Positions 37,401 through 51,227 of a stretch of 64,000 nt of DNA are shown here, piece after piece (positions within the stretch are counted from its first letter, which is position 1; each line of letters opens with the position of its first letter). Location: positions 1,755,339 to 1,819,338 of the forward strand of contig MU061538.1 in NCBI GenBank assembly GCA_013265495.1, written 5' to 3'. Source of the stretch: Vicugna vicugna (Eukaryota). Made by a program: the position numbers and the translations under genes. A model generated the notes under the pieces. That model had not been told where the DNA came from, did not search any database, and saw only the letters and a list, made by a program, of their open reading frames with translations.

Positions 37401-40400
37401 ACAGAATGAAGCATAAATAATCATTTATCCAGGACCTTTACAATCATGAGAAGGAACCCAGATGAGGAAGAGTTATGATGAAGTCCCTCCCCCACCCTCC
37501 CTCCCCCTCCCCGGGGGGAGAGGGCGCAGGCACCTCCCTAGGATGCTGCCTGTCCCCAAAGGGGGACCCTCAACATTTCTTCTGGAAAAAAGAGAGATTT
37601 CCCCTGGAAGACTATCAACGTAAGGACTTAACAGATGTGGCCAGACCAAAGGTAATGCAAGGTTATGCCCAGAGAATCAGCTAGGTGAGCTCACATTACA
37701 GCATAAAATCAAAACAAGATAATGCAGAAAGAAAAAGTAACTCAGCTGCATATAACCACCTACAGTATCTACCTCATGAGACAGACTGGTATTTACTGGC
37801 TTCTTGAATTTGGGAACAAATAATACACAGGTCAGGATAAATGTATTGACTTACTACCATCTTTATAAAAATCGAATATACACACAAACACATCAACAAT
37901 TATGGAACTGTGTCCATTAAACTCTGATAAGACAACACAAAAGAACTAACAAATTGCTAAGATGTTGCTGAATTGAAAGCATTTCCAATAACATTTTAAT
38001 TTTAAAAGGTCCATATTTACACAGTATGTTAAATGCTTCTGCATCTCATTTTAAATGCATGATAAATAAAGAACAAAGATAATGGTTGCAACAGATCTTC
38101 CAAGAGGGCTCAGCTTACGGTGGTCTGACTTCACTGCGAGAAGTGCACCAGAAGTGGAAGGAACGTTACTTTCTAATTCTGCTTCTTTCCTTTTCCACAG
38201 GTTCCTCCAAGGAAACTAAGCCTTTGTTACCGGTCCCAGCTGGCACTCACAGAGCCCGAGCCCAGGGACCACGTGCGTCAGGGGGCCGACTGCATGGGAC
38301 CTTTCTACACAGTCCTTTCTGAAAGGCCCAGTTCGATTCGATGCTCTTTCAAGAACGTATCAAGAGAAAGCTTGCTTGTGTGTGCGGACAGTTACAGAAC
38401 ACACACGTCCCAGGGCGCCCATGTCACACTCGGACAATGCCAAGAGCAGACCTGGAAGCGGCCAGGAGGTCTGCCTTGAGCAGCGGGGCCCAGACAGGAC
38501 GGGCTCCTTATCAAGACTAGAAAGAAGCACGTCTGAATGGCTACTCTCAGGGACAACGTGCGAATTTTCAATTTCAGAGCCACAGCACACTCAGACAACT
38601 TCAGAAAGTGGTAAAAATTTGTTAGTCATTTGATCGCATCATTAAGTCCTCAATGGTGAAAGAAGTCCGTTAACTGCGAGCCCTGCTGCTGCCCGGTGTG
38701 GGCAAGTGGCCTGGGTCCCTCCTAACTAAAGCCTACAGGCCACTCCACTCGGCATCTCCATGCCACTCTCTGTGGACGGAGCCAAAGAAACTACGCTTTT
38801 CACTCTACAGGCATCTGCACGCACCCACGGGAACGGGGGACCGCGGCCGCGCGGGCCAAGCAGCCGAGGAAGGTGCCCCGCGCTGACCATCGGTCAGCTT
38901 GCTGAGCATCTGGAGGCAGGGACGGCACACGACACTGTCCTCCGAGGGTTAGTCGGGGGCCTTCTGGAACCCGGGTGGCCGGGCGGCCAGGCACCTCAGC
39001 AGGAGGGTGTTCCAGCACGTTCTACGAGTGCCTACAGCTTCCTAAGGCAGAAATCTTCAGAAGAGCAACCACCGACAGCCACCTCCACTTGCCAGGCCCA
39101 CGCTAGGCACACAATGCCGTTCTGGAATCAAGGCTACAGATAGTCTCACAGGGTCTAAAATACTCTCCTCTAGCTCCGGCAAATTAATTTCACACAGTCA
39201 CACAAAACTTCAACTGTGAACATAAGACACAAGTCCACAAGACCTGTGTCTCAGCTCCCACGGGAAGGCCGAGAGACAGGGACGCCTGCTGCGGACAGCT
39301 CCTGGCCACGTCCGGCCCTCGGCGGGCTCACCAGAGGCACTCGGTGAGCAGAGGCTTGTCTTTCCCTTCGTTCTGTTAATAAATCGGCCATGAAATCTTA
39401 GGTATAAAATATAGCTTAAAAGGCTGAGTATGCCCCACTATCGTTTGCTCAAATAGTTTAGGTCCACTTTAGAATAAATCCAAAATAGTGAAACTCTTTC
39501 ACGAGCAGAAATACAATAAGGCACTTTTTTCCAGTGTTTGCCCAGAACGGATTTTACTAAGATGGCTCTACGGGGAGGGAGAGTCTCACCTGGAGGAGCC
39601 TAACCAGAGCTCAATCGCTACGGCTGCTCTCACGCCACACGCTGCGGACAGCACCCCGCCAGCACAAACGCCACCCGGCTCCTGGGTCCACTGAAGGACA
39701 GCACGGCCCCTGCTCAAAGGCCTTCCAAAAAAAGAGAAAGCTAACCTAAGCAGTGCTAACCAGGTCCCCAGAGAACGTCCCATGTGTCACAGAGCTAGTG
39801 ACGTGCATGTGCAAAGAGGGGAAACCCAACAGGTCTGTCAGCACTTGGGGCCGTCCCCCCACCTCACCTGGCAGGTGCGCGGCGCGGCCGGCCTAGGAGG
39901 GGGCCCGGCCAGGGCGGCGAGCGAGCGCGCCCCCCACCCCTGCTCTAAGCCTGGGCACGTGGTGGCCCTGCCAGCATCTCCGCCTCATTCGGAAAGAGTG
40001 CAAAAAGGGGTGTTCCCTTCGGAACTAGGGACATACAGTTGGTGCTTTTGGAATATTTACAAGAAGCAGAATCGGCCACACAATTGGCACCACTCCCAAC
40101 CACCCTCATACCCTGCTTTCCAGGATATGCGACTGTCGATCATAATCACCCGAATTTTAATCTACGTTTTTACAAGAGCCTTTGAGGGCTTTCTCAGAAG
40201 AACACAAGTGAAGCCTGGCTGAGAAAATGCTTGTCTAGCCTGCACTGAAGATAAGTGCAACCATTATCAAATATTCTTTGCTGAGAGAAATACTGAGAAT
40301 TCGTGACGTTAATGCTCGTTCCTGAACCTAAGCCACTGAAATCGACCACACAGTAAGGTCACAAAGAACAACGTCGCCATGCACTGGAAGCACTTTGGAA

Positions 40401-40652
40401 ACAAAAGAGAACGAGAACTGTAGTCCTTTGTGGTGGCGGCAGACTTCGCAGCACTCTAACACCAGCCCCGGTCCACCACGTCCCGGAGGTTCAGCCCTCC
40501 TGGAGCCAGTGCTGGCCGCCGGGCGCTCCGGGCAAGTCACGCAGGACCGAGGGCGGAGAGGCCTAGGCGCGTGGGGACTCTGCGCCGGCAGCTTCCACGG
40601 AGAAACTCCACCACGTGTGTGCGGCGTTAAGGGCAGCCTCTCCTGCCAGAAA
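34450..40652 (-). other. RBM33: RBM33 long 3'UTR (~6.2 kb)
   Basis: Runs from the stop codon to a minus-strand AATAAA (plus-strand TTTATT, 34469-34474) with a downstream GU/U-rich tract. Contains AU-rich blocks at ~35400-36500 and ~37330-38100. Confidence 0.65.
34469..34474 (-). terminator. RBM33: RBM33 polyadenylation signal
   Basis: Minus strand reads AATAAAacatcttcttgtttccacttctgttctgt. Confidence 0.65.
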
Positions 40653-40701
40653 TCACTCAACAATCAGGGCCACGTTTATGTGGGACAAATCTATCATATG
40701 C
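40653..40701 (-). CDS. RBM33: RBM33 last coding segment with stop codon
   Basis: Acceptor aatttccacag|G CAT ATG. Translates (R)HMIDLSHINVALIVE*. Phase matches the previous exon (2+1). Confidence 0.93.
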
Positions 40702-41042
40702 CTGTGGAAATTTAAAGAAACAAGGACCATTAAGCTAACTCAGCACACAGCAGTCAGCTCACCACGGCAGGAGAAAGCGAAGGCAGAACGGGGCCCTGAC
40801 GAACAGAACCCATTACATAAAACGCAGACTGACGGGAAGGCCGACATCCAAGCAAGGGGCAACCACACGCGTCACAAAAGGACGCACGCCCGTCTCCACG
40901 CCCTCTGCCCGCACCCCGGAGTTTCCGCAGTGACAGGCAGGCACCCAGACGCGTGACGCAACAGCACTCTGGCAGAGGGCAGGCCACAGGCAGAGGCTCT
41001 CCCGCCTTCTCCCCGCGTCTGCACCAGGGCACGCACGGCTAC

Positions 41043-41131
41043 CTGTGGAATTTCTGCTGAAATGCTAACGCGTGGGCTGGTTCCTTGAACTTGGCGATGG
41101 CTTTCCGCTGCTGGGGAAGCATCTGTAAACT
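41043..41131 (-). CDS. RBM33: RBM33 penultimate exon (RRM-like domain)
   Basis: Acceptor tcttctcttag|AGT. Translates SLQMLPQQRKAIAKFKEPAHALAFQQKFH plus AG|gtagcc, 89 nt. Confidence 0.93.
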
Positions 41132-44100
41132 CTAAGAGAAGACAACAGAGAAACAGGTTAAAAGCAAAAAAAGACCAAATAATGTTCATCAGATTGAATG
41201 TAACATTCGAGTCCAGGCTGACACCTGGATCGCTAAAACTAATTCTACCTCCCTGCCAGTTTTTCTTACCTACCCATGTAATCTGCCCAAAACCAGCGCT
41301 TCACTGAGCCGCTGCCCTGAGCAGCATTTCCACCCTCCAAGCCGGGCCCAGCAGCCACCTAGTCTTCTCTCTAAACCTGCTGTGAGAGGCAGGGGCGGGC
41401 GCCCCTGGAGCGCTACTTTCCTGTCTTCTCATCCCGTGAGTGTCCACGGGGCCCTCACCTCGCTCTTCACAAGAGCAGTGCTTCTCACAAAGGAGGTCCT
41501 TTAGCAAGGACCCCACCGCCTGGAGGGGCAGTTACCGCCTGCTGACCGCTGGGGCTGATTCAGCTTGTCAGCTGTGCAGCTGGGCCACAGTGAGGGGCCG
41601 CTGTGCCTACGGCAGCCGTCAGCACGATTTGGTCACATTTTGTGCTTAAGTTTGAGTACTAAGTGGCATCTTAAATTAAACCTTTAGTAGTTAACCACTG
41701 TACAGTAAAAACCAAACGCGTTCATGAAGAAGCTAGATCCAGCCAGTGAAGAGTGCGAGGATGGAGAACTCACAGCTGGTCCTCACATTTGCCCCAGGAG
41801 GAGGGACGGCTCTGTGTTCCCTGCAGCCTCAGGAGAACTCGGATTTCTCAGCCACTCCTACCCTCCAGAGTCCGATCGCTCTCAAGCATCTCAGTGACTT
41901 GCCAAGTGCTTCCGGGGCAATGAGCAAAGTGGCAGGTGGGGCCTTGCCACCACGGGGACGTGCTGGACGGAGCAGCACAGGACTCAGTGTGCTCAGTGGT
42001 CAGGAGCCGTCTGCTGTGTGTGGGCCTCTGACTAGTGAAGCAGGACAGTCAGAAAGAACTACTGATGGTACCACACCGCCCTTTAAAAGTGCTCACACAT
42101 GCGGCCGTTTCCTGTTAGACTAGCATCTGTCCAAAGGCCTACAGTGAACGCACACAGCCACACATCCAGTCCTTGAAGTACGTCCAGAAAAGCAAGAGCC
42201 TATGAGATAAGTACTCTCCATCTTAATAAACCCAGACCACTCAGACAGTCTGGGGCACATCACCCACCAGGACTGGACCAGGACTGGACCAGGCCACAGG
42301 CAGCAGCGAGCAGCGTCTGCCTGTTTTCTGAAAGCGGTGTAGCAGACACCGGATTTTTCCTCTTCCGTCAGATACAAAACCCAGAAGCAGAAGAATCTTC
42401 TTGATGATTTCACTTATCTAAGGTTGCCAGGGCGAGGAAGGCCCAGTAACCTGGTCTTACTGCTGTCAGGTAGCTTCTCCTGCACACAGAGTGAGCCTCA
42501 GAGAGTCCTCCTGTGTCACGGGACAGAGACTGTTCTCGGTCCCAAGCTTCCAGCCCAGGCCCTCTGCGCTGCAGCCCTGAAGGGCCTCCTGCTGGCGGGC
42601 TTGGGGGCTGTTTCCCAAGAGCAAACGCTGCGCTGCTCGGCCACCAGCCGGGGCGGGGGCGCAGATGAGGGCCGGCCTCACAGCACAAGCGCGGCCCCCG
42701 CAGCGCCAGCCTTTCTTTCTGATCCGACCTCCAGAGGCCCTCGGTGCTCTTTTCTGTCTTCTGGCCACATGGCTGCAGGGCTGCAGGGCACTGGGGGCAC
42801 CGCAACGCCCCAACGTGACAGCGACAGCGCCACGCCATGCGGCCAGCGCTGTAGCAGCTCTTACCTCAAGAATCAGAAGAACTCATCTAAACTTATTTCG
42901 TCCAAAAATACAAAACTGCTCAATTAGGAGCAAACGAGAAACTAACTGCTTATATCACACACTCTACGATTCACAGATGGAATCTGGATTTCGAAAATAC
43001 CACGCTCTTCCTTGAGAAAAGACACTTCTAGCTCTTACTCCCTTTGGATGATTCCACAATGAAGTGAAGGTGTGAGCTCCCTTCCCGCCACGTGCCACAC
43101 AGCACAGTAGGCTGCCGGACGGAGGGAGAGCTGCTACGCGGTTTGCCCCTCAGGTACCAGTCAAGAGAGCACCAGCTCCCACTAAGGCTCCCAGCTCAGG
43201 GCCGCGCTGGCTCTCGGCAGTCGACGCGGGGAGTGAGAGCTGTCTTAGAGTCTGAGCTCTGCTCCCCTTGACTGACATCTTTGCACCTTTTTTCAAAAAA
43301 TAAACCCTCTTTTCCAAATACGAGACTGAACTGCAGAAACTGGCAACATTCAACCACTGCCGACCTACCTCAATGACAGGTACGGATGATCACCTTACTG
43401 GGAAGAGAGGAAAGATACTTTGCACTAAAAGCTAAAAGGCTTATTATTATGATCACCAGCATCACTGTCTTCCACTTAGAAAATATGTACTTCTACCTAA
43501 GTCAGGAGCACATTTCCAAATAATTTAATAGTTTAATTCACCCAGAACAGACCAAGAGCTAAGATCTGTCTGAAGTCTGCATGCCACTGTGAGCGCCAGC
43601 CCACCCCCCCCAAACAACAGGGAGGCACACGGACAGACAGGCAGCTCGCCCACGCCCAGCCGGACTGACTTCTCAGTCTTCAGAGACGAGACATCTCCAG
43701 ACAGCTTCTGAGAGTGGCTGCGCCACTACCCGCAGCAAAGCGCACGTTAAAACACCCCTGCGTGCGCATTCCACGATCCCCGTCAGGGCTGTGGTGGAAC
43801 CGCCTGCCACCGGGCGTGACACAGAAGAAAAGCTCTGACAACCTACTATATAATCTCAGAAAGGAGTCTGTGCTGTTCAGAATCTTGGCCTCTTTTTCGC
43901 AATTGGGAAAAGCTCTTCCTCTCTCTAGAAAGAGCCTGTGTTTATGTATACAAATAAATTAAAATGTTATGGGGATTCAGAAATGATCCTGTAGTCCTGA
44001 AAATCAACTAAACCTTCCCCATCTCTGGCCGACAGTGCCTGGTAGCGCAGGTTTGCCTGAAGCCAAAATGGTACCGATACTGAGCGGCGCCGGCTGCAAA

Positions 44101-44139
44101 CCCTTAGAAACGCCCCCTCCCTCTCCCCTCCCGGGACGG

Positions 44140-44201
44140 TTTGGGCACCACGCAGGGACGTGCACAGGGACGTCCTTTGGGCACCACGCAGGGACGTCCT
44201 T
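44140..44201 (+). repeat. Short local duplication
   Basis: TTTGGGCACCACGCAGGGACGT at 44140-44161 and 44176-44197. CAGGGACGTCCTT is also repeated. Confidence 0.85.
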
Positions 44202-47200
44202 CTCCACGTGACGACACCCGGACGTGCTGGTGGCAGCGGGGCTCTCCCCGCTGGGTCTCTTCTTCTCGGGTCGGGGCCCGGGGCCCTGGCAGTGCCAGCG
44301 TGGGGGGCCAGAAGCAGCGAACGGGGGAGCTGCACCAGCCCTGGGGTCAGCCCCCCCCCCCGCACCTGCTCACGTCTGCACTGACCATCGCGCTGCACGG
44401 CAGCCTTTTTGGACACGGATTCTCTATTTTTCCTGAATTCCAGTGTTTGGGCTTCCTCGAGTCCCCGTCAGAAGCAGTGCTCCTTCTGCTCTGAAACGAC
44501 TTGAAGACCCTGGGCCACTCCTCTGCCACCCTAACCTTCCTCTTGTACAAGCATCCTGCAGATACCCTGTGTGTGATGATACAGTCTCCTTAAACTCTTT
44601 TTCTTTTGGGACTATTTATAGCAGTTTTCAGAAATTCGTGTTGGATCCTCCAAACAACAATTTTTCCCATTATGGTTCTGGACCATGTGTGCCCAGACTT
44701 TCTTTAAACACCAAGACATCAGTGTTCAGAAAGTCTACATGTGACCACACGCAGTGTTTTCTGTCTTACTGTCCTGAACTTCAAAACAACCAAACTGCTT
44801 TCACTCATGATTCCAACCTTCTCCACTGCACCCACAGACATCCCTGGTGGGTCGGAACCAGATGCAGAGTCTCACTAACCCACTTCGCCTTCAGAGAAGG
44901 TCAGAAGCTCTGACGTGACCCTCCCTGACATGACTGCCTAAATTAGGGGCCCCTCTCCCTGGGCCCAAGACACTCTCCAGAATGGGGCTCTCCAAGCACC
45001 CGGCCCCCACGAACAGCAGCGTTGGGAGGCTGGCAGACTTGCTGGGCCCCGCGCTCCTCCCATCACCAGCCTCAAGGGACCTCCAGGAGGACCCCTGGGA
45101 GCACAGGCCGACGCTGCCCGGGCCACTCCCTCGTTGGCCTCGTGTTTCTTTCATTCCCCCCTCTTCTGGGTCATGCCAGGAACAATGGAACGGTTATGAG
45201 ACAACTTTTAAGTTCACGAACGGTCAGGAGGGTCTGATGGAAAAACCTAGACTCATGAAGGTGAAGTTCTGCCGGAAAGCTGCACACCGAGAACCGGCAA
45301 ACTCAGGGCTTGACCTAGAGCCTCCTCTCACAGCTGGAGTCTGGCTGAAGGGCCGGTGGCTTCGAGAGGAGCTGCCGGGGCCACGCCTGTCACTCAGGCT
45401 GGCAGCACAGCGACCGCCCCCCGGGGCGGCTGGGAGGCGAGGAGGACGCTGGGGAACAAGCAGCAGGCGCCGTGACTACTGTTGCTCGAGGCCAGTGCCT
45501 GTCTTTCTGGGTCAGCGGTGATCACGCAGGGAACTACTTTTGTTTTTACACCACGGCATTTCATGTATCATAACACAGCTTCTTCTTAACAGCTCAGGCA
45601 AAAGCCCGCAAAGGGGAAAACAGATAATTAAGCAAAGGGCCTTGGAAGCTACAACTACCTTACTTCCTAACCCGAAGAGCTGCCCTGGCTTCAGACTTTC
45701 AGAGTGGAGCTGCCAGGGCTGCCCCCAGGAGGAGGCCACGCCTGTGGGAACGTGTGCCCACCCTAACAGCAACCAGCCTCCTGCAGCCCCGTCCCCCGCC
45801 TGCCCCCCTTCCCTAAGAGCAAAACCCACCTCCCCTTGGTGGAACCTTCTGACTCATCGGACGGCTCTGCTCGCGAGTACCAGGCGGGTCTTACTCTCAC
45901 TGCACCCTCTCACCGGAAACTCCTGGACACGCTGCCATCTTTTCTTGTGTGATTTCTAGCTCTGGTTATAACATTTCCACAAAATCTCATTATTTTATTA
46001 AAAAATGTATTTAAAAAAATTTGGGGGGTAACTAGGTTTACTCTTAGTTATTATTTTTGGCTAAAATTTCATCATTTTTCCTTATTCTGTAAATGAGTCT
46101 ATGGATAAATGTCTTTGGACCCTCTGGAGAGGTTTATGACGAGTTTAGGGACGAGCGTATTAACCTGAGAGCGACGTGGCCACCTCCTTGCCGCCAGCCG
46201 CCACAACGGAAGCAGCAGAGTGACACGGGGTCACCACAACAGCCTAAATTAAAAGGCCCGAAGGCGCCGGAGTCCCTCCCAGCACAGACACCACCACTGC
46301 TGTGACGCTAAGTGACCACGAGGGGGTGCCAGAGCCCAGACCACGCGGAGGCTTGCTGTGCCCTCTGCTTCCTCAGATGGTGGTGGGGGGGGGGAGGGGG
46401 GGAAAAAACTGATACGTATCAGTGTCACCCTTAGCCATCTAACGCTGGCGGGAGCTTGTTCTATCAGTTTGTTCCCCAGTTAAGACACTCGGCATCGTAT
46501 GAACGCAGTGTTTAGAGATCCATAAACACCCGCCAAAACCGTCCCACGGGGCTCAGACAGGCAAGGAAGGAGGCCCCGCTCCGCGCCCGGCTGGACGGGC
46601 AGGTCCCCCAGAGCGGCACCGCTCCTCCCCTCACGTGAAGGGGGCCTGAGGGAATGCAGAGAGCACCGCTCTCATTTTCCCATCTTCCTCTCTAAACAAA
46701 CCAACCCTGAGCGCCTGGGGCTGTCTTCGCTGGGCTTCAAGTGCGCTCAAACTTGATTTAACACAATGACCTCTAATCCTTCTTTTCCAAAGTCGGGGAG
46801 GGAAAAGGCAAATGGGAGGAAAGACGGACCCCTAAATGCAGAATCAAAATTCCATTTTTAGGGTGGATAAAACCAAGGTGAGGTGGTTTAGCAATGGCTC
46901 CAGGCTGACTTTTGCAGTGCGGTCACTGAGCCTCACTCAGCACTCTGAGAAGCAAACAGCACTGCCACTTAGATGTCGATCTTGAAAATTCAATCACGTT
47001 CAAGGAGGCTCAAGATAGTTACCGAGACTACACACGAGGAAGCAAAGCCCAGACAACTAGCAGGTCACGTGTGGAAAGCAAAGTGCTATCACGTCCCACC
47101 TGAACAGAGACCCCAGGAAGGGACTGCAGCATGAGCCTGCACAGAGGACAGACGAGGCTCTGGGCCTTCACCTCGAGACTCACCGCTAAACTGACTGCGA

Positions 47201-48477
47201 TCTGACCCCAAATTTTCAACAACCAATCGTTTCAGAGTGCCGGCTCAGGATAACCGTATTCTAAAGCATCTAAAGTTCTCCAGCGTCAGTCCTGTGTTAC
47301 AACTGTCTGCGAACAGCTATCTCTGAACATAAGCTTCAGGCTTCTGATGACTGACAAGCTGTTTCTGACCACACCGCGGGGAAACCGACTCTACTACAAA
47401 CAGAAGCCACAATGCCTGGTTAACCTTTCATTACTACACACAGATGGACACTAAGCCTAACCACCTCTCTAGGAATCCAAGGATGAAGACAGAAACAGTC
47501 AACTTAAATAAAGAAACCGCCTCCAAAGGGCTTTCGACTGTACCTCACTCTTGTCAACAACTGCCAGTAGATGAAGACTTAAAACAAAAATTACTTGCTC
47601 ATATCAATGCTAGGTTTCCCCATTCACTCAGGAAGCAAGAGGCTGTAACAAATTCTTAAAAGAAAGCACTTGTATGCTCTCTGTGCACCTTTTACTCAGA
47701 AATCTAACGTTTACACTCCACGTCCCACAACTGGCCTCAACCCTGTTTCCAAAGTGCTCCCCCCAAGCCCCGGCTCCTGGCATGAGAGGGAGGAGTGTGG
47801 TGCTGACAGCTGTGACAGGGGGCAGGGACAGGCCAGGCCAGAGGTGAGGGCTCCGGGACACGCTGCTCAAGGAGAGCCAGGCCAGCCTGCTTCACTGGGG
47901 TGCCCCCGGGACTCTAGAAGCTGGAGCCCTCAGGGATTTCAGTGGGAACTTTTGTTTACAGCCCAAATGGAGATCCACTTGTAGCCAGCTCAACAGAGGT
48001 CTTTCGCCATTTAGAATGAAACAGTTTTAAAATTAAGACACCAAAATATTGTCCACATTATTTCACATTTGTAAAGTTTAAGGCAAGTTCCACAGGTGTT
48101 AACATGTGGGGCTGTCTCTAGAAATTAAGGTCAAGAAGGCTAAATACTTTGAAATGATTACACACAAAACAAGTGTGTGATAAAACAAAAAAATTGCATG
48201 TCCGGGTGCAACTGGGACCTTTAGGATAATCTGAGGATTTCAAAGGATAATTTGTTCAAGATAAATATTACATAAAAGTTTCTGAGCACCTGAAAATTTC
48301 CAAAAAGTTCTTACTCTAAGGCAAAAGTTCTTACATCAAGTGTGTACAGTAGATAAAATATTTCTTTCCCCTCAAGAGTATCATTTTAAAACGAAGTAAC
48401 CAACACAAAAGGATTTTTAATGAAACTGACTCTGGGAAGGACAGGGGCAGGGACAGAACGTGCCCCGAGCGACCCAC

Positions 48478-48666
48478 CTGAATGGGCCCCACCGACATCA
48501 GCAGGCTCTTCAGCTGGACGTCAGTAGTGGAGGAAGAAAGCCCTTCCACAGACACGACGCAGGGCTGAGGTTTGCACTCCACCACCCGCAGGTTCTGCTT
48601 ATTCGGCATCAGGCGGCCCCGGCCCATCGCGCCGGCCATTCCTCGGCCTCGGCCGTGCATGATGAC
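48478..48666 (-). CDS. RBM33: RBM33 exon (RG motifs and start of the C-terminal RRM-like domain)
   Basis: Acceptor cttgttgttgccag|GTC. Translates VIMHGRGRGMAGAMGRGRLMPNKQNLRVVECKPQPCVVSVEGLSSSTTDVQLKSLLMSVGPIQ|gtgggt, 189 nt. Confidence 0.93.
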
Positions 48667-48789
48667 CTGGCAACAACAAGCATCACTGTTCAGCTGGGAG
48701 TCTGGGGGCAGCAGAACACACCCGCACGCGCAGACAGACACAGGGCCCCCCGAGCGGCGTGGGGAACTACAGCCCGCAGCTTCCCTGTG

Positions 48790-48905
48790 ATGGAAAAGAA
48801 TGTGTGTGTGTCTGTGTGCATGCATAGTTCTTAAATGAATCACTGTGATGTTCACCGGAAACTAACGCAACATTGTAGATCAACTGCACTTCAGTTTTTT
48901 TAAAA
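48790..48905 (+). mobile_element. L1 3'-end fragment
   Basis: tgaatcactgtgatgttcaccggaaactaacgcaacattgtagatcaactgcacttca. Confidence 0.7.
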
Positions 48906-51017
48906 GGCAGCTATTCAAGTTACAAGCTTTGGAGTTTCTTTCACAGTTACTAAGATATAGAAGGGAGCAAACAGGTTAGAATCCATTAAAATACCATGAG
49001 CTACAGGATTTTCTATAGTTTTTATCCACCATCGGAAAAGAGTTTCATGTCCAGACAAGATGACAGCACCCAGCAAATCGGAGTGGAAGGAAAGGAAGGA
49101 AAGGAAGTGGCAAAGTCTGCATGTGCCCTGGTGCCAAGCACGGAGCCAGCAGGCACCTGCTGCGTTACCATCACTCCACAGAAGAAGCAGCGGCACCGCA
49201 GAGGTTCAGGAAGCAGCTGCAAGGACCACAGTTTAAGATTCGGATCCAGCCATCATGGTCCCAGAGCCCAATCACCCTCGCTGTGTCCTAAGCCGGCACA
49301 GCAGGTGCTGCTCCTCACAGCCGCCTCGGGCACTGCGAGCCACTGCACTGCGCACCAGCTCGTCTCATGAGCATGTGCCTTGCCATCCTGAGAGCCCAGA
49401 AGGCAGATTCTGCAACACAAGCACTGACCCCCTCGGCAGCTGCACCAATGCACACACTCCTCTGCAGAGCTTTCAAAACAAACCAAGAGAGCCAGGCAGA
49501 GAGGGGCAGAAGTGACCTCCTTTCCATCACAGAGAAGGGCAGAGAGGAAGGCGGTGGGCGTCAGCATGGACCCTGAGAACATGAACCGGGGCCACGCAAG
49601 GAGAAACAGAAAAACACAACACTTCTCAGCATCCCACAGCAGGTGACGCAACTGCTCCTGCAACATTCCTGAAGAGCAAAGGCAGCTCGAGAGAAGCCAC
49701 GTGGGAAAACACAGGTCAAAAGCTGCAAGTGACACTGGTGAGAAGCCAGCAGGAAGTAACTCTTCTTGGGTTCTAACTACGAGAAGCTACATTGTTAACA
49801 GGAGCCCCGTTTACCCAGTGCTGGCTCACACACCAGGCAGCACCTTGCAAAACCCTCACAAGAGCCCAGGTAAGAAAAGAAAGGTGATTGTCCTCGTTTT
49901 AGGTGGGAGCAAACTGAGGCTAAAGATGAAGAAACTCGAGTGCTTTATTTATGCATACAGCTCTGTAGGAGGCGCTTTTCTAAGGTCTTTCTCATTCGTT
50001 CAGGGACAACACCTGACTAAAGAAAGTCCAGACCAGAACCACCTTTAAGAGCATATACACCTGAAGGCATGACTCACTGTGTCTGCACATCTCTCTGCTA
50101 CAGCAAAGATGGAACGATTCTGTTTGCCCCTGTATCATTAAGAACTTACAGTACATGTAAAGTAATTTAAATACTTGAAAGACCTAGGATGGCCTTCACA
50201 TTGACACTACCACGTAACATCAGCGGTAAGACAAGCAGACGGGATGAACTAGTGGAGTCCAGAGCTTTCTAGAGGAAACTCAGAGCAGGTGCTGCTGCCC
50301 CCACCCTCCTTCGAGTGACTTCATCGACAGGGGACACCTGGCTTCCGCGTCAGGAGACACGTCACTGTGAGGCAGGGCGGTGAAGGCCTTGGGGAAGGTG
50401 TAAGGATGCCCATCACTACAAGCTGGGGCGGGGGGCGCTCCACCACTAGGAGTTCAAGGGAGGAGGTGGACGCCCCTACCCCAGGGAAGGTCAAGTTCAG
50501 GAGGGGTGCTGGATGCCCACGCCTCTCGTCTCAAGACACCCCTTCAAACCGCAGAGCAACGGAGGGAGGGAGGGAGGGAGGGAAGAACCAGGGTCAGAAC
50601 CACTTTCTTGGGCAGGGTACTGCACCCCCAGAGGCCTCGGTTTCCCATCTGTGAACTGGGGTGATGTGGAGGAAATGCGGGAGCAGACACCTGGTCCTCC
50701 ACCCGCAGAGTCTCTGGAGAAGCCGCGGGCCAGGGCAGGAAGGAGGGAGCACCGACGGGCTGGGGTTCCGTGCAGGGCCGTCTCCAGGGCGCAGCTCAGA
50801 GCCGCGGGCACTGCCCGCACTCTGGGTTGGGGGTGACTTCCGGAACCCCACCATTAAGAGTCACGAGAGAAAAGCGCCCTTATGGCCGTGCTAGCTTTCA
50901 GAGCCAGGGCAAAGGAAGTCACGGTTCACTGAGTCGTAACTGGAGCACCCCGACAGAGAAGCGCGGGCGGTGCTCAGGCTCCATGTTCCCAGGGTGAGGC
51001 CAGGTGGCGGGCAGTAC

Positions 51018-51227
51018 CTTCTTGGCCGGGTGAACTCCTTGGATGCTCTTGATGCCTGGAGGGCCGGCCGAGTGCATGTGGGCGCCCACCGGCGGGTGCT
51101 GGGGCTGCTGAAGGGCACCCTTGGTCAGCGTCACCTTGCGGGCAGGCTGCTGTCTCACGTCTGGGGGCTGAGGGAGCCGCTGAGGCTGGCCCTCTGGGTG
51201 AAAAAAGCCATCGCTCTCTCCTCCCTG
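51018..51227 (-). CDS. RBM33: RBM33 exon (P/Q-rich); starts at 51227 or 51224 (NAGNAG acceptor)
   Basis: Acceptor ttgttggtttcag|cag|GGA. Translates (Q)GGESDGFFHPEGQPQRLPQPPDVRQQPARKVTLTKGALQQPQHPPVGAHMHSAGPPGIKSIQGVHPAKK|gtactg. Length 210 or 207 nt, phase 0 at both ends. Confidence 0.9.

Noticed and set aside
44140..44201. Repeat-spacer-repeat pattern
   Set aside because: Only two copies in a mammalian intron. It is a local duplication, not a CRISPR-like array.
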